DNA from: Paramoeba atlantica
Lineage: Eukaryota > Protista > Discosea
DNA length: 25,991 bases
Reading direction: 5' to 3'
NCBI GenBank assembly: GCA_977017575.1
Contig: CDRNVI010000229.1
Coordinates: forward strand, 1 to 25,991
Part shown: positions 1-10,522 of the stretch, piece after piece
Layout of the letters: the number at the start of each line of letters is the position of its first letter
Numbering within the stretch: position 1 is the first letter of the stretch
Made by a program: the position numbers and the translations under genes
Notes under the pieces: generated by a model
The model's database searches: none
Seen by the model: the letters and a program-made list of their open reading frames with translations, nothing else
Told to the model about the DNA's origin: nothing

Positions 1-959
<959 letters not shown>

Positions 960-1010
960 TATATACCTCTTATATTGTTAGACATAAATTAAAAAGCTGG
1001 GGAATGTTGA

Positions 1011-1214
1011 TCATACAATGTGATGTACAATAACTAAAACAAGTGCGCCGGCGATCATCATGGTTAAACCCATGCGGCGTAATGCCACATCGTTATAGTC
1101 ACTGAGTGTGCGTACCAATTTACGCCAGCATTCTGGACACAATGCCGGTAAAAAGCCTTCAAGGACCAACACCAATGCGATCACTGACCAAAAGAAATCC
1201 CAAAATGTTATCAC
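1011..1214 (-). CDS. DUF2065 family (YjeT-like) small membrane protein
   Basis: 67 aa with ALVLVLEG...P..WR...LRRMG pattern; conserved position between hflC and purA; GTG start overlaps the hflC stop (GTGA); ends in TGA. Confidence 0.85.
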   Translation of the reverse strand: MITFWDFFWSVIALVLVLEGFLPALCPECWRKLVRTLSDYNDVALRRMGLTMMIAGALVLVIVHHIV

Positions 1215-2202
1215 GATATGTGCCTTACTAATTTATCCAGTCGTCTTTTAGCTTTGCCATTAGCATTATTAAAGTATTTGAAGAATTGACTGTCTGGATT
1301 GATGACGACGATGTCATTTTTATTATTAAAACTGCTGGTATAGGCTTGTGTACTGCGTAAGAATGCGTAAAATTCAGTGTCTTTAGAATACGCATCTGCA
1401 TAAATTTGCGTAGCGGTGGCATCACCTTCAGCACGCACTTTAGCCGCAGTGGCTTTAGCTTTCGCTAAGATCACCCGCACATTTGCATCGGCTTGAGCAC
1501 GCACTTTCTCAGCAACAGCTTGTCCACTGGCGCGGTGTTTAGCTGCTACTTGTTCACGCTCAGTAGCCATGCGTTGAAATACCGATGTGCTCACTGCTGT
1601 GGGTAAATCAATGCGTTTTCACCCGTACATCAACCACGTCCACACCTAACGTTGATGCACTTTTATTGGCTTCTTGCTGTAAGGTTGACATGATATCAAC
1701 CACGTTCAGCAGAAACGACTTCAGTAATCGTATGTAAACCAAATTGTGCGCGTAAACTATCATTGATTTTTTGTTGAATTAGGTTATCAGCACGGTTGGA
1801 ATTACCACCGGTTCTTGTGTAGTACAATGGCACATTCTGAATCCGCCATTTTGCGTAATAGTCGACGATTACGTATTTTTGCTCTGCAGTTAAAATACGC
1901 GATGATTTAGCATCTAAGGTTAGTAATCGACTGCTAAAAGCGATGTACGGTTTCAATAAATGGAATTTTGACATGCAACCCAGGTTGATAGATTTTTGCA
2001 TCAGCAAACAATTCTGGACTGATTGATTCGTCGTCCGTGTTATTGGTTGGTACCACTTTGGTATTACCAGATGTTGTTACAATCTTACCAAAGCGCAGAA
2101 TAATCGCACGTTGATCTTGACGCACGGTAATAATGTACTTGATAGTATAAACAAGAGTACAATAAACCCAATTAATATTGGCATTAGTTTGTTAGTGTTC
2201 AT
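1211..2202 (-). CDS. hflC: FtsH protease modulator HflC (SPFH domain); about 4 apparent frameshifts
   Basis: ATG at 2202 with GGAG RBS, then N-terminal TM helix, RAIILRFGK, PGLHVKIPFIETV, VIVDYYAKWRI, DVVDVRVK-RIDLP, FQRMATERE, AEGDA, YSKDTEFYAFLRS. Breaks near 2128, 1935, 1697 and 1618. Confidence 0.93.
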
Positions 2203-2229
2203 GAGCGTTCTCCAACATGGCTGTCAGGA

Positions 2230-2524
2230 TTATACGTTTGTCCAACGTGTAGGTCGTGTTGAACGAGTTACATTACTATTGCTAGTACGCAAGGGCACAT
2301 TAACTTGATGGGTTTGTTGTGCTATCTCAGACAAACAATGCGTTTGTTTGTTTATTAGTATTATCGTTGCGCGGAGGTTGTTGCTGGATGATTTTATCTA
2401 AGGGTAAATACAACATATTGTTACTACCATGCACATCAACTAATACTTTCGTACTACGGTTTAACACAGTTTTGAATGGCATCTAAATACAAAACGTTCG
2501 CGGGTAATACCTGGTGCACGTAAA
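2230..2524 (-). CDS. hflK: C-terminal fragment of HflK, cut at the junction near 2524
   Basis: Reads LRAPGITRER-LYLDAIQTVLTRSTKVLVDVHGSNNMLYLPLDKII, the HflK C-terminal signature, directly upstream of hflC. Nothing HflK-like continues beyond about 2525. The exact stop depends on a further frameshift. Confidence 0.85.
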
Positions 2525-2784
2525 CAAATAGTAAGAGGGTTGCTGGTTTAAATGAAGAATACCACGATATTATCTACGAAAAGTTCGATAAAGAACAACG
2601 CATTGTCCCTCAAGTGGTTGAGTTGTATCGTAGCTATCAGCAACAGCCAGCTTATTTTGCTATTATGGTGTCACGTAATAGTGATGAGTTAAATAACATC
2701 ATTGCTATTTTCCCAACAGCACCAGTAAAACGGTTTGATGGGCGTAGAGGGGATACATTGCTTATTTTCAGCAATAAAATTTAA
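2524..2784 (+). CDS. 3' tail (about 86 codons) of an unidentified gene, 5' part missing
   Basis: Open frame TNSKRVAGLNEEYHDIIYEKFDKEQRIVPQVVELYRSYQQQPAYFAIMVSRNSDELNNIIAIFPTAPVKRFDGRRGDTLLIFSNKI* has no start codon after the in-frame TAA at 2521-2523. Its TAA (2782-2784) overlaps the convergent kinase stop (2781-2783). Confidence 0.6.
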   Translation, partial: TNSKRVAGLNEEYHDIIYEKFDKEQRIVPQVVELYRSYQQQPAYFAIMVSRNSDELNNIIAIFPTAPVKRFDGRRGDTLLIFSNKI

Positions 2785-3473
2785 TCATATTTATCTAGTG
2801 CTTGAGTAAACTGTGTCAATAGTGTTGAATTATATTGCCAGTTACGCAATAAGCGATTGCGATCTTTTAATCGTTTACGTTGTTTATTCCATTTTGGATG
2901 GTGCATGGCATCTAAATCAATTAAAAAAGTACGGTTTTTCTCATCAACTAACATGTTTGTACTTTTCATGTCACCGTGTACAAATCCATGCTGATGAATG
3001 GTTGCTAACATACGGGTAACGTCAGTCACAATCGATTGTTGTATTGCTAGTGGTTTTGTTGGCAATACGTTACACAACCAATCACCTTCGATATATTGGT
3101 TAATATAAATGCCGTTCTGCGTAATGGGCCATAACGTTGTTCAATATATGCAACTGGTGTTGGCGTGTTAATGCCCCACTGAATCAATCGATGAGCATTG
3201 TGCCAACTATACCAAGCACGTGAGCGTGACAATGCACGGCGTATACGGTGCCCAAGCCCTTTTAAATTATAACGTTTGACGACTAACAACTGATCTGCAC
3301 AACGTATTACTACGATAGTACAGACATTTTCTTGTTTTAGTACTTTCTATAACATCATTATGAAATGCACTATTCGGGTCATGTAGTAATTTTTGTAATG
3401 ATGGTGTGAGCATTGAGCGTTGGCACACCCAATGATAACGCCAGGTATGTTTTATTTGCCAATCATTTTGCAT
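2781..3473 (-). CDS. Lipopolysaccharide kinase (Kdo/WaaP/InaA-like family); about 2 apparent frameshifts
   Basis: Fragments give VVKRYN, SRAWYSW..AHRL...GINTPTPVAYIE, catalytic loop HGDMKSTN and DLD; located downstream of waaF. Confidence 0.8.
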
Positions 3474-3487
3474 AGATATATTACAGC

Positions 3488-3669
3488 TATAGCTTTTCAG
3501 AAAAATAATTTGAATTATAACATTTCATCTTGCGCTCACCTAACTGCGTTGTTCATTCAAAAAATGCTCAAAATAGCCCAACTATTCCTCTGCTTTTTTT
3601 CAATCGCAACCCGTCTAGCTAAACCCAATCTGAACGTTAAAATCCAAATTATTTTTCTGAAAAGCTATA
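3488..3669. mobile_element. 182-bp MITE-like element with 25-bp perfect terminal inverted repeats, TA-flanked
   Basis: TATAGCTTTTCAGAAAAATAATTTG (3488-3512) is the exact reverse complement of 3645-3669, and extends 3 more bp after one mismatch. The outer TA dinucleotides (3488-3489, 3668-3669) fit a TA target duplication. No transposase; small internal AATAG/CTATT stem at 3572-3586. Confidence 0.7.
3514..3522 (-). promoter_or_regulatory. Candidate extended -10 promoter element (TGnTATAAT) pointing at the LPS kinase gene
   Basis: Minus strand reads TGTTATAAT, about 40 bp upstream of the kinase ATG at 3473; no consensus -35. Confidence 0.4.
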
Positions 3670-3688
3670 TTTAAATATAATTAATCTG

Positions 3689-4769
3689 TTACGATTTATT
3701 AATCACATGGATGGTGGCCACTTGTTTAGTACCATCTGTATTATGGTGTTGATTCACTGTATGCAACAATTCATCTAATCCGGTTAATACATAAGATGGT
3801 GTTAGATCGTTAAGACAGCGTAAGTGACCTAATGGACATGTGCGTTCAAAACACGGGCTGCATTCTAAGCCTAATGTTAGGATTTTAACGTGTTGTGCTA
3901 ATGGTGGAGTGAAACTAGGATCAGATGAGCCATATATCACAACCAGCGGTCGTTTTAATGCAGCGGCAACGTGCATTAACCCAGAATCATTGGTGACAAC
4001 CGCATCAGCTAACGATAATAAATCAACGGCCTCAGTTAATGTTGTTTTCCCACCTAAATCGTAACAATGTGCACCTATTTTATCAGCGATTTCGTTAGTA
4101 ATGGTAACATCGTTAGGCCCCCAAATAGCCATATGTCCCAACCTTTCTCAACATAGGCACGTCCAACAGTTGCCATGTAATCAGCAGGCCATTGTTTTGC
4201 TGGGCCATATTCTGCACCTGGACATAATGCCAGCACTGGGCGGTTACTTTTGTTAACGAGATGTTGTTGCGAGTTAATATTGGCTTGAGAGGGTATGGTT
4301 AATTGTGGAAATGGTAGCGGATCAGGTAAGTCATCTTGTTTATCTAAACCTAACGCGATAAAGCGTTCTACCATAAAGGGCAATGCAGTTTTGTCTAAGC
4401 GGCGTAGATCGTTTAGTAATCCATAACGCATTTCACCGCACCAACCTGTTCTAATTGGGATCTTTGCCCATAATGGTATCAACGCTGATTTAAACGAGTT
4501 GGGTAATACAATAGCTTGCTGGTATTTTTCTTGACGTAAACTACGTGCTAACTGATAACGTTTTAATAATGCTAATTGACCATGTCCAATCGCATTGGAA
4601 TAAAACGACGTACCTCAGGCATGTGAGTAACAATAGGGCCACTGGCTTTGGGCGCTAATACATCGATAATAACACCTGGATAACGTTTACTGAGTAATTG
4701 ATACACACTGTGTGACATGATCATGTCACCTACCCAGGATGGCCCAATAATTAGAATTTTATTAATCAT
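3689..4769 (-). CDS. waaF: ADP-heptose:LPS heptosyltransferase II (GT9); about 2 apparent frameshifts
   Basis: KILIIGPSWVGDMIMS, IDVLAP, LPNSFKSALIP, RTGWCGEMRYGLLND, LCPGAEYGPAKQWP, TNDSGLMHVAAAL, YGSSDPSFTPPL, CSPCFERTCPLGHLRCL. Confidence 0.93.
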
Positions 4770-4973
4770 GTTTATCTGTGGTTTCATCGTTAATTAAGGT
4801 AAATTGTGCGCCACAATATGGACAAACTGCTGTGCCTGTGGCTTCGATAGGTAAAAATACCCGTGGATGGGCATTCCATAATGGCATTGTGCAGTTGGGC
4901 ATGATAATGGTAACGATTGCGATGTGATCTGATATGTTTGTGCTGCACATGCTGCTTGTTTTAACTCTGCCAT
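4762..4973 (-). CDS. Small zinc-finger protein (zf-CHCC / NDUFS6-like); one apparent frameshift
   Basis: Joined frames read LPLSCP...PLWNAHPRVFLPI...AVCPYCGAQF (C-H-C-C ligands). AGAAGGA RBS precedes the ATG at 4973; stop overlaps the waaF start region. Confidence 0.85.
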
Positions 4974-5021
4974 GGTGACGATCCTTCTGGTCAAATATTG
5001 CCAATCTTTAAAAATCAGCCG

Positions 5022-5051
5022 ATTTTAGCGTAGATCGTTGGGTATATGCAA
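5022..5051 (-). promoter_or_regulatory. Possible sigma70 promoter for zf-CHCC/waaF
   Basis: TTGCAT-N18-TAAAAT on the minus strand in the glnE/zf intergenic region; motif match only. Confidence 0.3.
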
Positions 5052-5106
5052 TTTGAGAAATATTGCTAATATTATTAACCTATTGAAAGAATGTGATTTA
5101 TATCTT

Positions 5107-7964
5107 TCAGTTACCTATCCAATCAAGCCATTGTGCCTTAACGGCTGTGATATGTGGCTGTAAATCGGCGAGATCAGCAGTAATTGGATGTTGAGTCAAA
5201 CTGTGCTGATGTAATAATTTGCGATAACAACAGTAGGCATCCATTAGTATATGTGCGCGTTCATCAGTTAATTTGCCAGCGCGTTGTAGGCAAGCAAGTA
5301 GTCGCATATTATCAGTGTATGCAACTAATTCTGGATGAGCATGAGCCCAACGTAATACGGCATATTGTACTAGAAATTCAATATCGGTTAATCCACCCGG
5401 ACCACGCTTTAGCATAGATACTGGATCAGTTGTTGTTGTCTGAGATAACTTTGATCGCATATCAAGAATATCCTGACGTAATGAATTATGGTCACGTTGT
5501 AAGGTTAATATTGTACGACGCAATTGCCAGAATTGTTTAGCTAATTGCGGATCACCATACACTGGGCGGGCACGCACTAATGCTTGGTGTTCCCATGTCC
5601 ATGCGGTTTGTTGTTGATAATTAGCAAAAGTAGTTAATGTATTATGTAATAATCCTGCTTTGCCAGCAGGACGTAAACGGGTATCAATTGTATATAGTAC
5701 GCCTGTATTGGTGCGAACGTTTAATGTGTTTAGCAAGCGTTGTGCTAAGCGTGTATAAAAAAGAGAGTTGCTAATCGGTTGTGTACCGTTAGTGTATTGT
5801 TGTTCATCAACAGACGCATGCAAGAAAACCAAATCTAAATCCGATGTATAACTTAACTCAATCCCCCCTAGTTTTCCATATGCAATAATTAGCAAACCAT
5901 CATCAATCGGTTTGCCGTGTGTATCTATTGGATAACCGTGGCGAGTAATTAATTGTTGCTTAACCAGTGTTACGGTTGCATGTAGAATTGCTGTGGCTAG
6001 ATTGGTTAAATAGTCGCTGACACGCATCAATGGCAGTTTATCCATTAAGTCAGACGCAGCAACTCGCAAATTATGCGAGTGTTTGAAATGACGTAAATGT
6101 TCTATTTGTTCTTCAGGATCATCGCGTAGCTTAATTTGTTGATTGAGCGAATCTGTTAGCATCGCAACAGTGGGTACAATTTGTTTATTAAAAGGTGCTA
6201 ATAATTCGTCTAGTACAACTGGATAGTTAGCTAGCTGTTTAGCTATCCATTCGCTTTGTGCGATTAATTCAATGAGACGTGATAGCATCATTGGATTTTC
6301 AATGAGTAGTGCTATGTATGCACTGCGTTGTATGATTGCTTCTAATAAACGTATAGTTCGAACTAAAGTTTGTGATGGATCGGATGTATTTGTTACTTTC
6401 CATTAATAAGATAGGCATTAATTTGTTGATACGGCTGCGTGCCAACGTGCTCAGTTTACGGAAACGATAACTGCCTCTAAATGTTGCTAGAAGTTGACTA
6501 ATATGTTGAGGATTACTAAATCCAATTCGGATTAATATGTCGTATTGTTCAGTATGTTCTAGCCAAATTGCTTGTAATGCATCGTGAATGTGTTGATGTT
6601 GATCGTGAGAGAAATGTTGAGGCTGATTGCCAATCATATGTTTAAAGTGTTCGATCACATATTGTTGATGGTAATGCAACTGTTCAATGAGCTGCGACCA
6701 TTGATCAAATCCACAATATAAACAGATTCTAAATTGAATAATTGGATCGCTAGGTAATGTATGTGTTTGTTGGTCGTTGACTGCTTGCAACGCATTTTCG
6801 ACACGACGCAAAAATTGGTATGCTTGCCATAATTGTTTGACAGCTAATTTAGGCAAGCATTTTGTTTTAACTAATAGTGGCATAACATTAATGAGATTTG
6901 TTGATTGCAAACGTGGGTCTTTTGCAGCGCGGATAATTTGAAAAGCTTGAACAATAAATTCAATTTCTCGAATACCACCTTTACCTAATTTAATATGTTG
7001 CTGTAAGTTTTGACTACGTGCTTCTCGATCAATTTGTTGTTTTATTGCACGCAATCCGTCTAAAAATGCTGTAATCGATATAACGTCTATATACAAACCT
7101 ACGCAACATAGTTTCTAGGTGTTGTGCATGATATCCGTGTCCACTAATGACTCGTGCCTTAACGAGTGCGTAACGCTCCCAATCACGACCGTGTTCTTGA
7201 TAATAGGCAAGTAAACTCGGAATACTATTGACTAAAGGGCCGCTGCTACCAAAAGGTCGCAAACGCATATCAACACGATACACAAAGCCATCTTGGGTGG
7301 TTTCACTGAGTACTTTAGTCAGTGTCTGTGCTAATCGATTAAAAAATAATTCTAATGTAATCGATTGATTGGCATGTGTGACATCACCTTGGTGCGCATA
7401 TAAGAATTGCAAATCAACATCAGACGACAGATTTAATTTCTATCCACCTAGCTTCCCAAGACTGAGTACAATTAACTGCATTGGTTCACCTTGTTTATCG
7501 TACGGTGTTCCGTATTGATTACACTGCCATGAATATAATTGCTGCAGTGCGACATCAATACAGACTTCGGCGAGTGCAGATAATTGCTGCAGCGTTTGGC
7601 TTATATTATCTACCTGTGTGATCTCACGCCAAATTAAACGCACTAATTCACCTTGACGAAATAAACGTAATTGATGCATTAATTCATTGAGTGTGTTGAT
7701 TATCCCTGAGTGGGTTTGCCAACGATTTAAATAATCTGATTGGGTAAACCGCTTTTTGATATCACCTTGGTCGAACAATGTGGTTAATAACGTAGGTTGA
7801 CGTACCAACGTTTTTGCAACAAATTCACTAGCGGCACAAACACGTGCTAATGATTGCCGGCATTGTGATTTGTTGGGGATGTCTGTTATCTGTTGATAGT
7901 AATTTTGAACATTTGCTGATAGTTCAGCCGGCCAGTTATCCGGTAGTGGTAATAATATATCCAT
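5107..7964 (-). CDS. glnE: Bifunctional glutamine synthetase adenylyltransferase/adenylyl-removing enzyme; several apparent disruptions
   Basis: Two nucleotidyltransferase domains: LGKLGG..LNLSSDVDL with YRVDMRLRPFGSSGPL and EHGRDWERYALVKAR, plus IKLGKGGIREIEF; then YGKLGGIELSYTSDLDLVF with IDTRLRPAGKAGLL, WTWEHQALVRAR and KRGPGGLTDIEF. About 950 codons in total. Confidence 0.96.
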
Positions 7965-8050
7965 CTTTTTCCTAGCACGTCCCTACATTTAGCTGCATAA
8001 GTGGTAATATTCCAGTATTGGCAGGCTGTAAGTGATTTATTTTTACTATT

Positions 8051-8093
8051 TTACCTTGAAAATTGTAAGGTGTAGTTACAATTTTCAAGGTAA
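8051..8093. repeat. Perfect 18-bp inverted repeat with 7-nt loop
   Basis: TTACCTTGAAAATTGTAA (8051-8068), loop GGTGTAG, TTACAATTTTCAAGGTAA (8076-8093). No U-tract follows on either strand. Confidence 0.85.
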
Positions 8094-8133
8094 CAATGTG
8101 CGTAGGGGTTAATGTTAGTTTTCGCATACAGGC

Positions 8134-8443
8134 TTATGTTCGCATTGGCCACAAAACCATAAGCTGGTTCTTCATAGGGGTGCGCTTTACGTAATGCAAT
8201 GATGACATCATCAACAATATGATCACCACACACCATTTCTACTTTATATTCGGTGACTTTTTCTAATGTGTCTTGTTTACCTATGTGGGGTTTACTGCCT
8301 GCTAATGGACGAAATTGTCCAGTGCCTTGGGTTTGCCAACAGGTACAATCATAATCACCAAGCTGGCCTGCACCAACAGCGAATAGGGCTTGTTTTACAA
8401 CTTCAACGTGGGTATCAGGCACATAAACGTAAAGATGATACAT
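8134..8443 (-). CDS. Stand-alone YqfO/NIF3-type PII-like domain protein
   Basis: YVYVP, ALFAVGAGQLGDYDCTCWQTQGTGQFRPLAGSKPHIG, EYKVEMVC, ALRKAHPYEEPAY. Removing one T from the TTTT run after PAYG gives a family-like end (GLWPMRT*, stop 8134-8136). As sequenced, the frame runs on to 8051. Confidence 0.85.
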
Positions 8444-8446
8444 AGA

Positions 8447-9480
8447 TTATTCTCCTGATGATTGGATAGGTTGTATATACTCAATAATCAATTGCACAGT
8501 TTGATTGCCGCGGAACTCATTGAGATCCAATCGATAAGCAATATGGATGCATTGTGATAATTGTGGTTGATAATCTAATTTATCTACATTAAATAATAAT
8601 GCTTCTACTGCCTTTTCATCTTCTTTAGTGTCACTCAATAACAACTTTAAGTGGTTTTTTCCTAATGTTTGGTAATCCATGACATAAAACTTACCATCGA
8701 ATAATGGTTCTGGAAATTGTTGTCCCCAAGGGCCACCATTGCGTATTTGTTTAGCAAAGGATATTGAAAAGTAGTTAGTAGACAGTTCACCATCACTATC
8801 GATTTGGCATTGCAGTTGTGATGGTTGTAGATGCTGTGCTAATACATCTTCAAAGATATGTTTAAAACGAATAAAGTTATCTTGCTTGATAGATAAACCA
8901 GCTGCCATTGCATGTCCGCCAAATGTTAACAGCAGATCAGGATGTGCGGTGGCAATATCACTTAAACAATCACGCATATGTAAATTTGCAATCGAACGAG
9001 CTGATCCTTTTAATTCATCATCACTGGTTTTGGCAAACGCAATTACCGGGCGATGAAAACGATCTTTTAATCGAGAAGCTACAATGCCAATAACACCTTG
9101 ATGCCAACTTGGATCATATAGACATAAACCAGCTGGCATATTAGTTTGTTGGGTATTGATATCGATTGTAGCTAATGCATCCAATGCTTGTTGTTGCATA
9201 GTAGTTTCGATCACTTTGCGTTGTTGATTTAATTGATCTAAACGTGCGGCTAATTGTCGTGCCTGCAATAGTGATTCTGTTAGCAAGCATTGAATACCAA
9301 TCGACATATCTTCTAGGCGACCAGCTGCATTTAACCTGGGGCCTACTGCAAAACCAAGATCAGCACTAACAATGCGACGGAAATCACGTTTGGCAATTGC
9401 TAATAATGCATTAATGCCAGGACGGGCAAGCCCTTGGCGGATACGTTGCAATCCATGATGCACTAAAATGCGGTTAACAT
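8447..9480 (-). CDS. recJ: ssDNA 5'-3' exonuclease RecJ, 3' portion only (5' part cut at the junction)
   Basis: NRILVHHGLQRIR, DLGFAVGPRLNAAGRLEDM, WHQGVIGIVASRLKDRFHRP, KGSARS, FGGHAMAAG, GPWGQQFPEPLF. The N-terminal DxD and DHH motifs are absent; the sequence turns AT-rich just beyond NR. Confidence 0.95.
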
Positions 9481-9494
9481 TATTATTTAAACAA

Positions 9495-10492
9495 ATGAAA
9501 AAAAAATTAAAAATTTTATTTAAAAAAGGTTTATTTAAAAAAAAGTAGTATGTATTTTTTTAGAAGAACATTATTAGTAGAATATCCTAAATGATCATTA
9601 ATAAAAGAAAATTATTTTAAACGTAATGAAGATAATATAATGTCGTATTTATCAAAATATATACATTTTAAAATTTATAATATATATAGAAAAATATATA
9701 ATATTGATTTATTATTTTTAAAACGAATTAATCAATATAAAAATTTTAGTAAACTAAATTATTCAAAAATTTTAATTAATATTAGAAGTAATTTGTTACA
9801 ATATTTTTATAACAAAAATAAGACTTTCAAAGTTTTATTAAAAATAAAGTTTACTATAATAAATTTTTAGTAAAAAATGTATCAATAAAAAATTATATAT
9901 TATTTAATAATATTAATGATTATACTAATAATTATAAAAATATAAATAATTTGAAATATAATAATTCTATATATAGTTATTATAAATATTTTTTAAAATT
10001 AGTATTATTTAATAATTTGATTTTAAAAAATAATTATACTAAAAAAATAAAATTGTGATATTAGTTTATTTATTACTAAATTTATGAAAAATTTAAATAT
10101 AATATATAAGTATATATATAGTATTAAGTATTCAAATAAAAAAAATTTAAATTATTATTCAAAATTAAATGAAATAAATTTTTTTAATAATATTTATGAC
10201 TATGATTATAGTTTATTAAATAATAATAGCTTAATAAATTATAAATTAAATACTGTTACTTTATTAAATTCTAAAAAATATTAATTAAATAATATTTAAT
10301 TAATAAATTTAAAAAGAAATTTTTAAATTTGAATATTATTATTAATTTGAATAATAATAATATTTTTAAAATAAGGTAAAAAGAAAAAAATATTTTTATC
10401 TTATATATGTTTGCACCTTCAAGATGTTGTATAGAAAAAGAAAGAAAAAGAATAAACGTGAAAAATGATTAAGAAAATTATTTAGTAATTAA
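9495..10492 (+). CDS. Unassigned mitochondrial ORF (about 330 codons, K/N/I/Y-rich, several apparent frameshifts); possibly a divergent ribosomal protein
   Basis: ATG at 9495, then open stretches in shifting frames (9550-9870, about 9870-10070, about 10060-10284, 10400-10492) ending in a basic tail YRKRKKKNKREKWLRKLFSN*. No motif I can firmly recognise. Confidence 0.4.
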
Positions 10493-10522
10493 ATTATAGT
10501 AATAAAAAAAAAAATTATTATT

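Noticed and set aside
3666-3679. 14-bp palindrome TATATTTAAATATA next to the MITE end
   Set aside because: All-AT and overlapping the TIR/TA end; likely coincidental.
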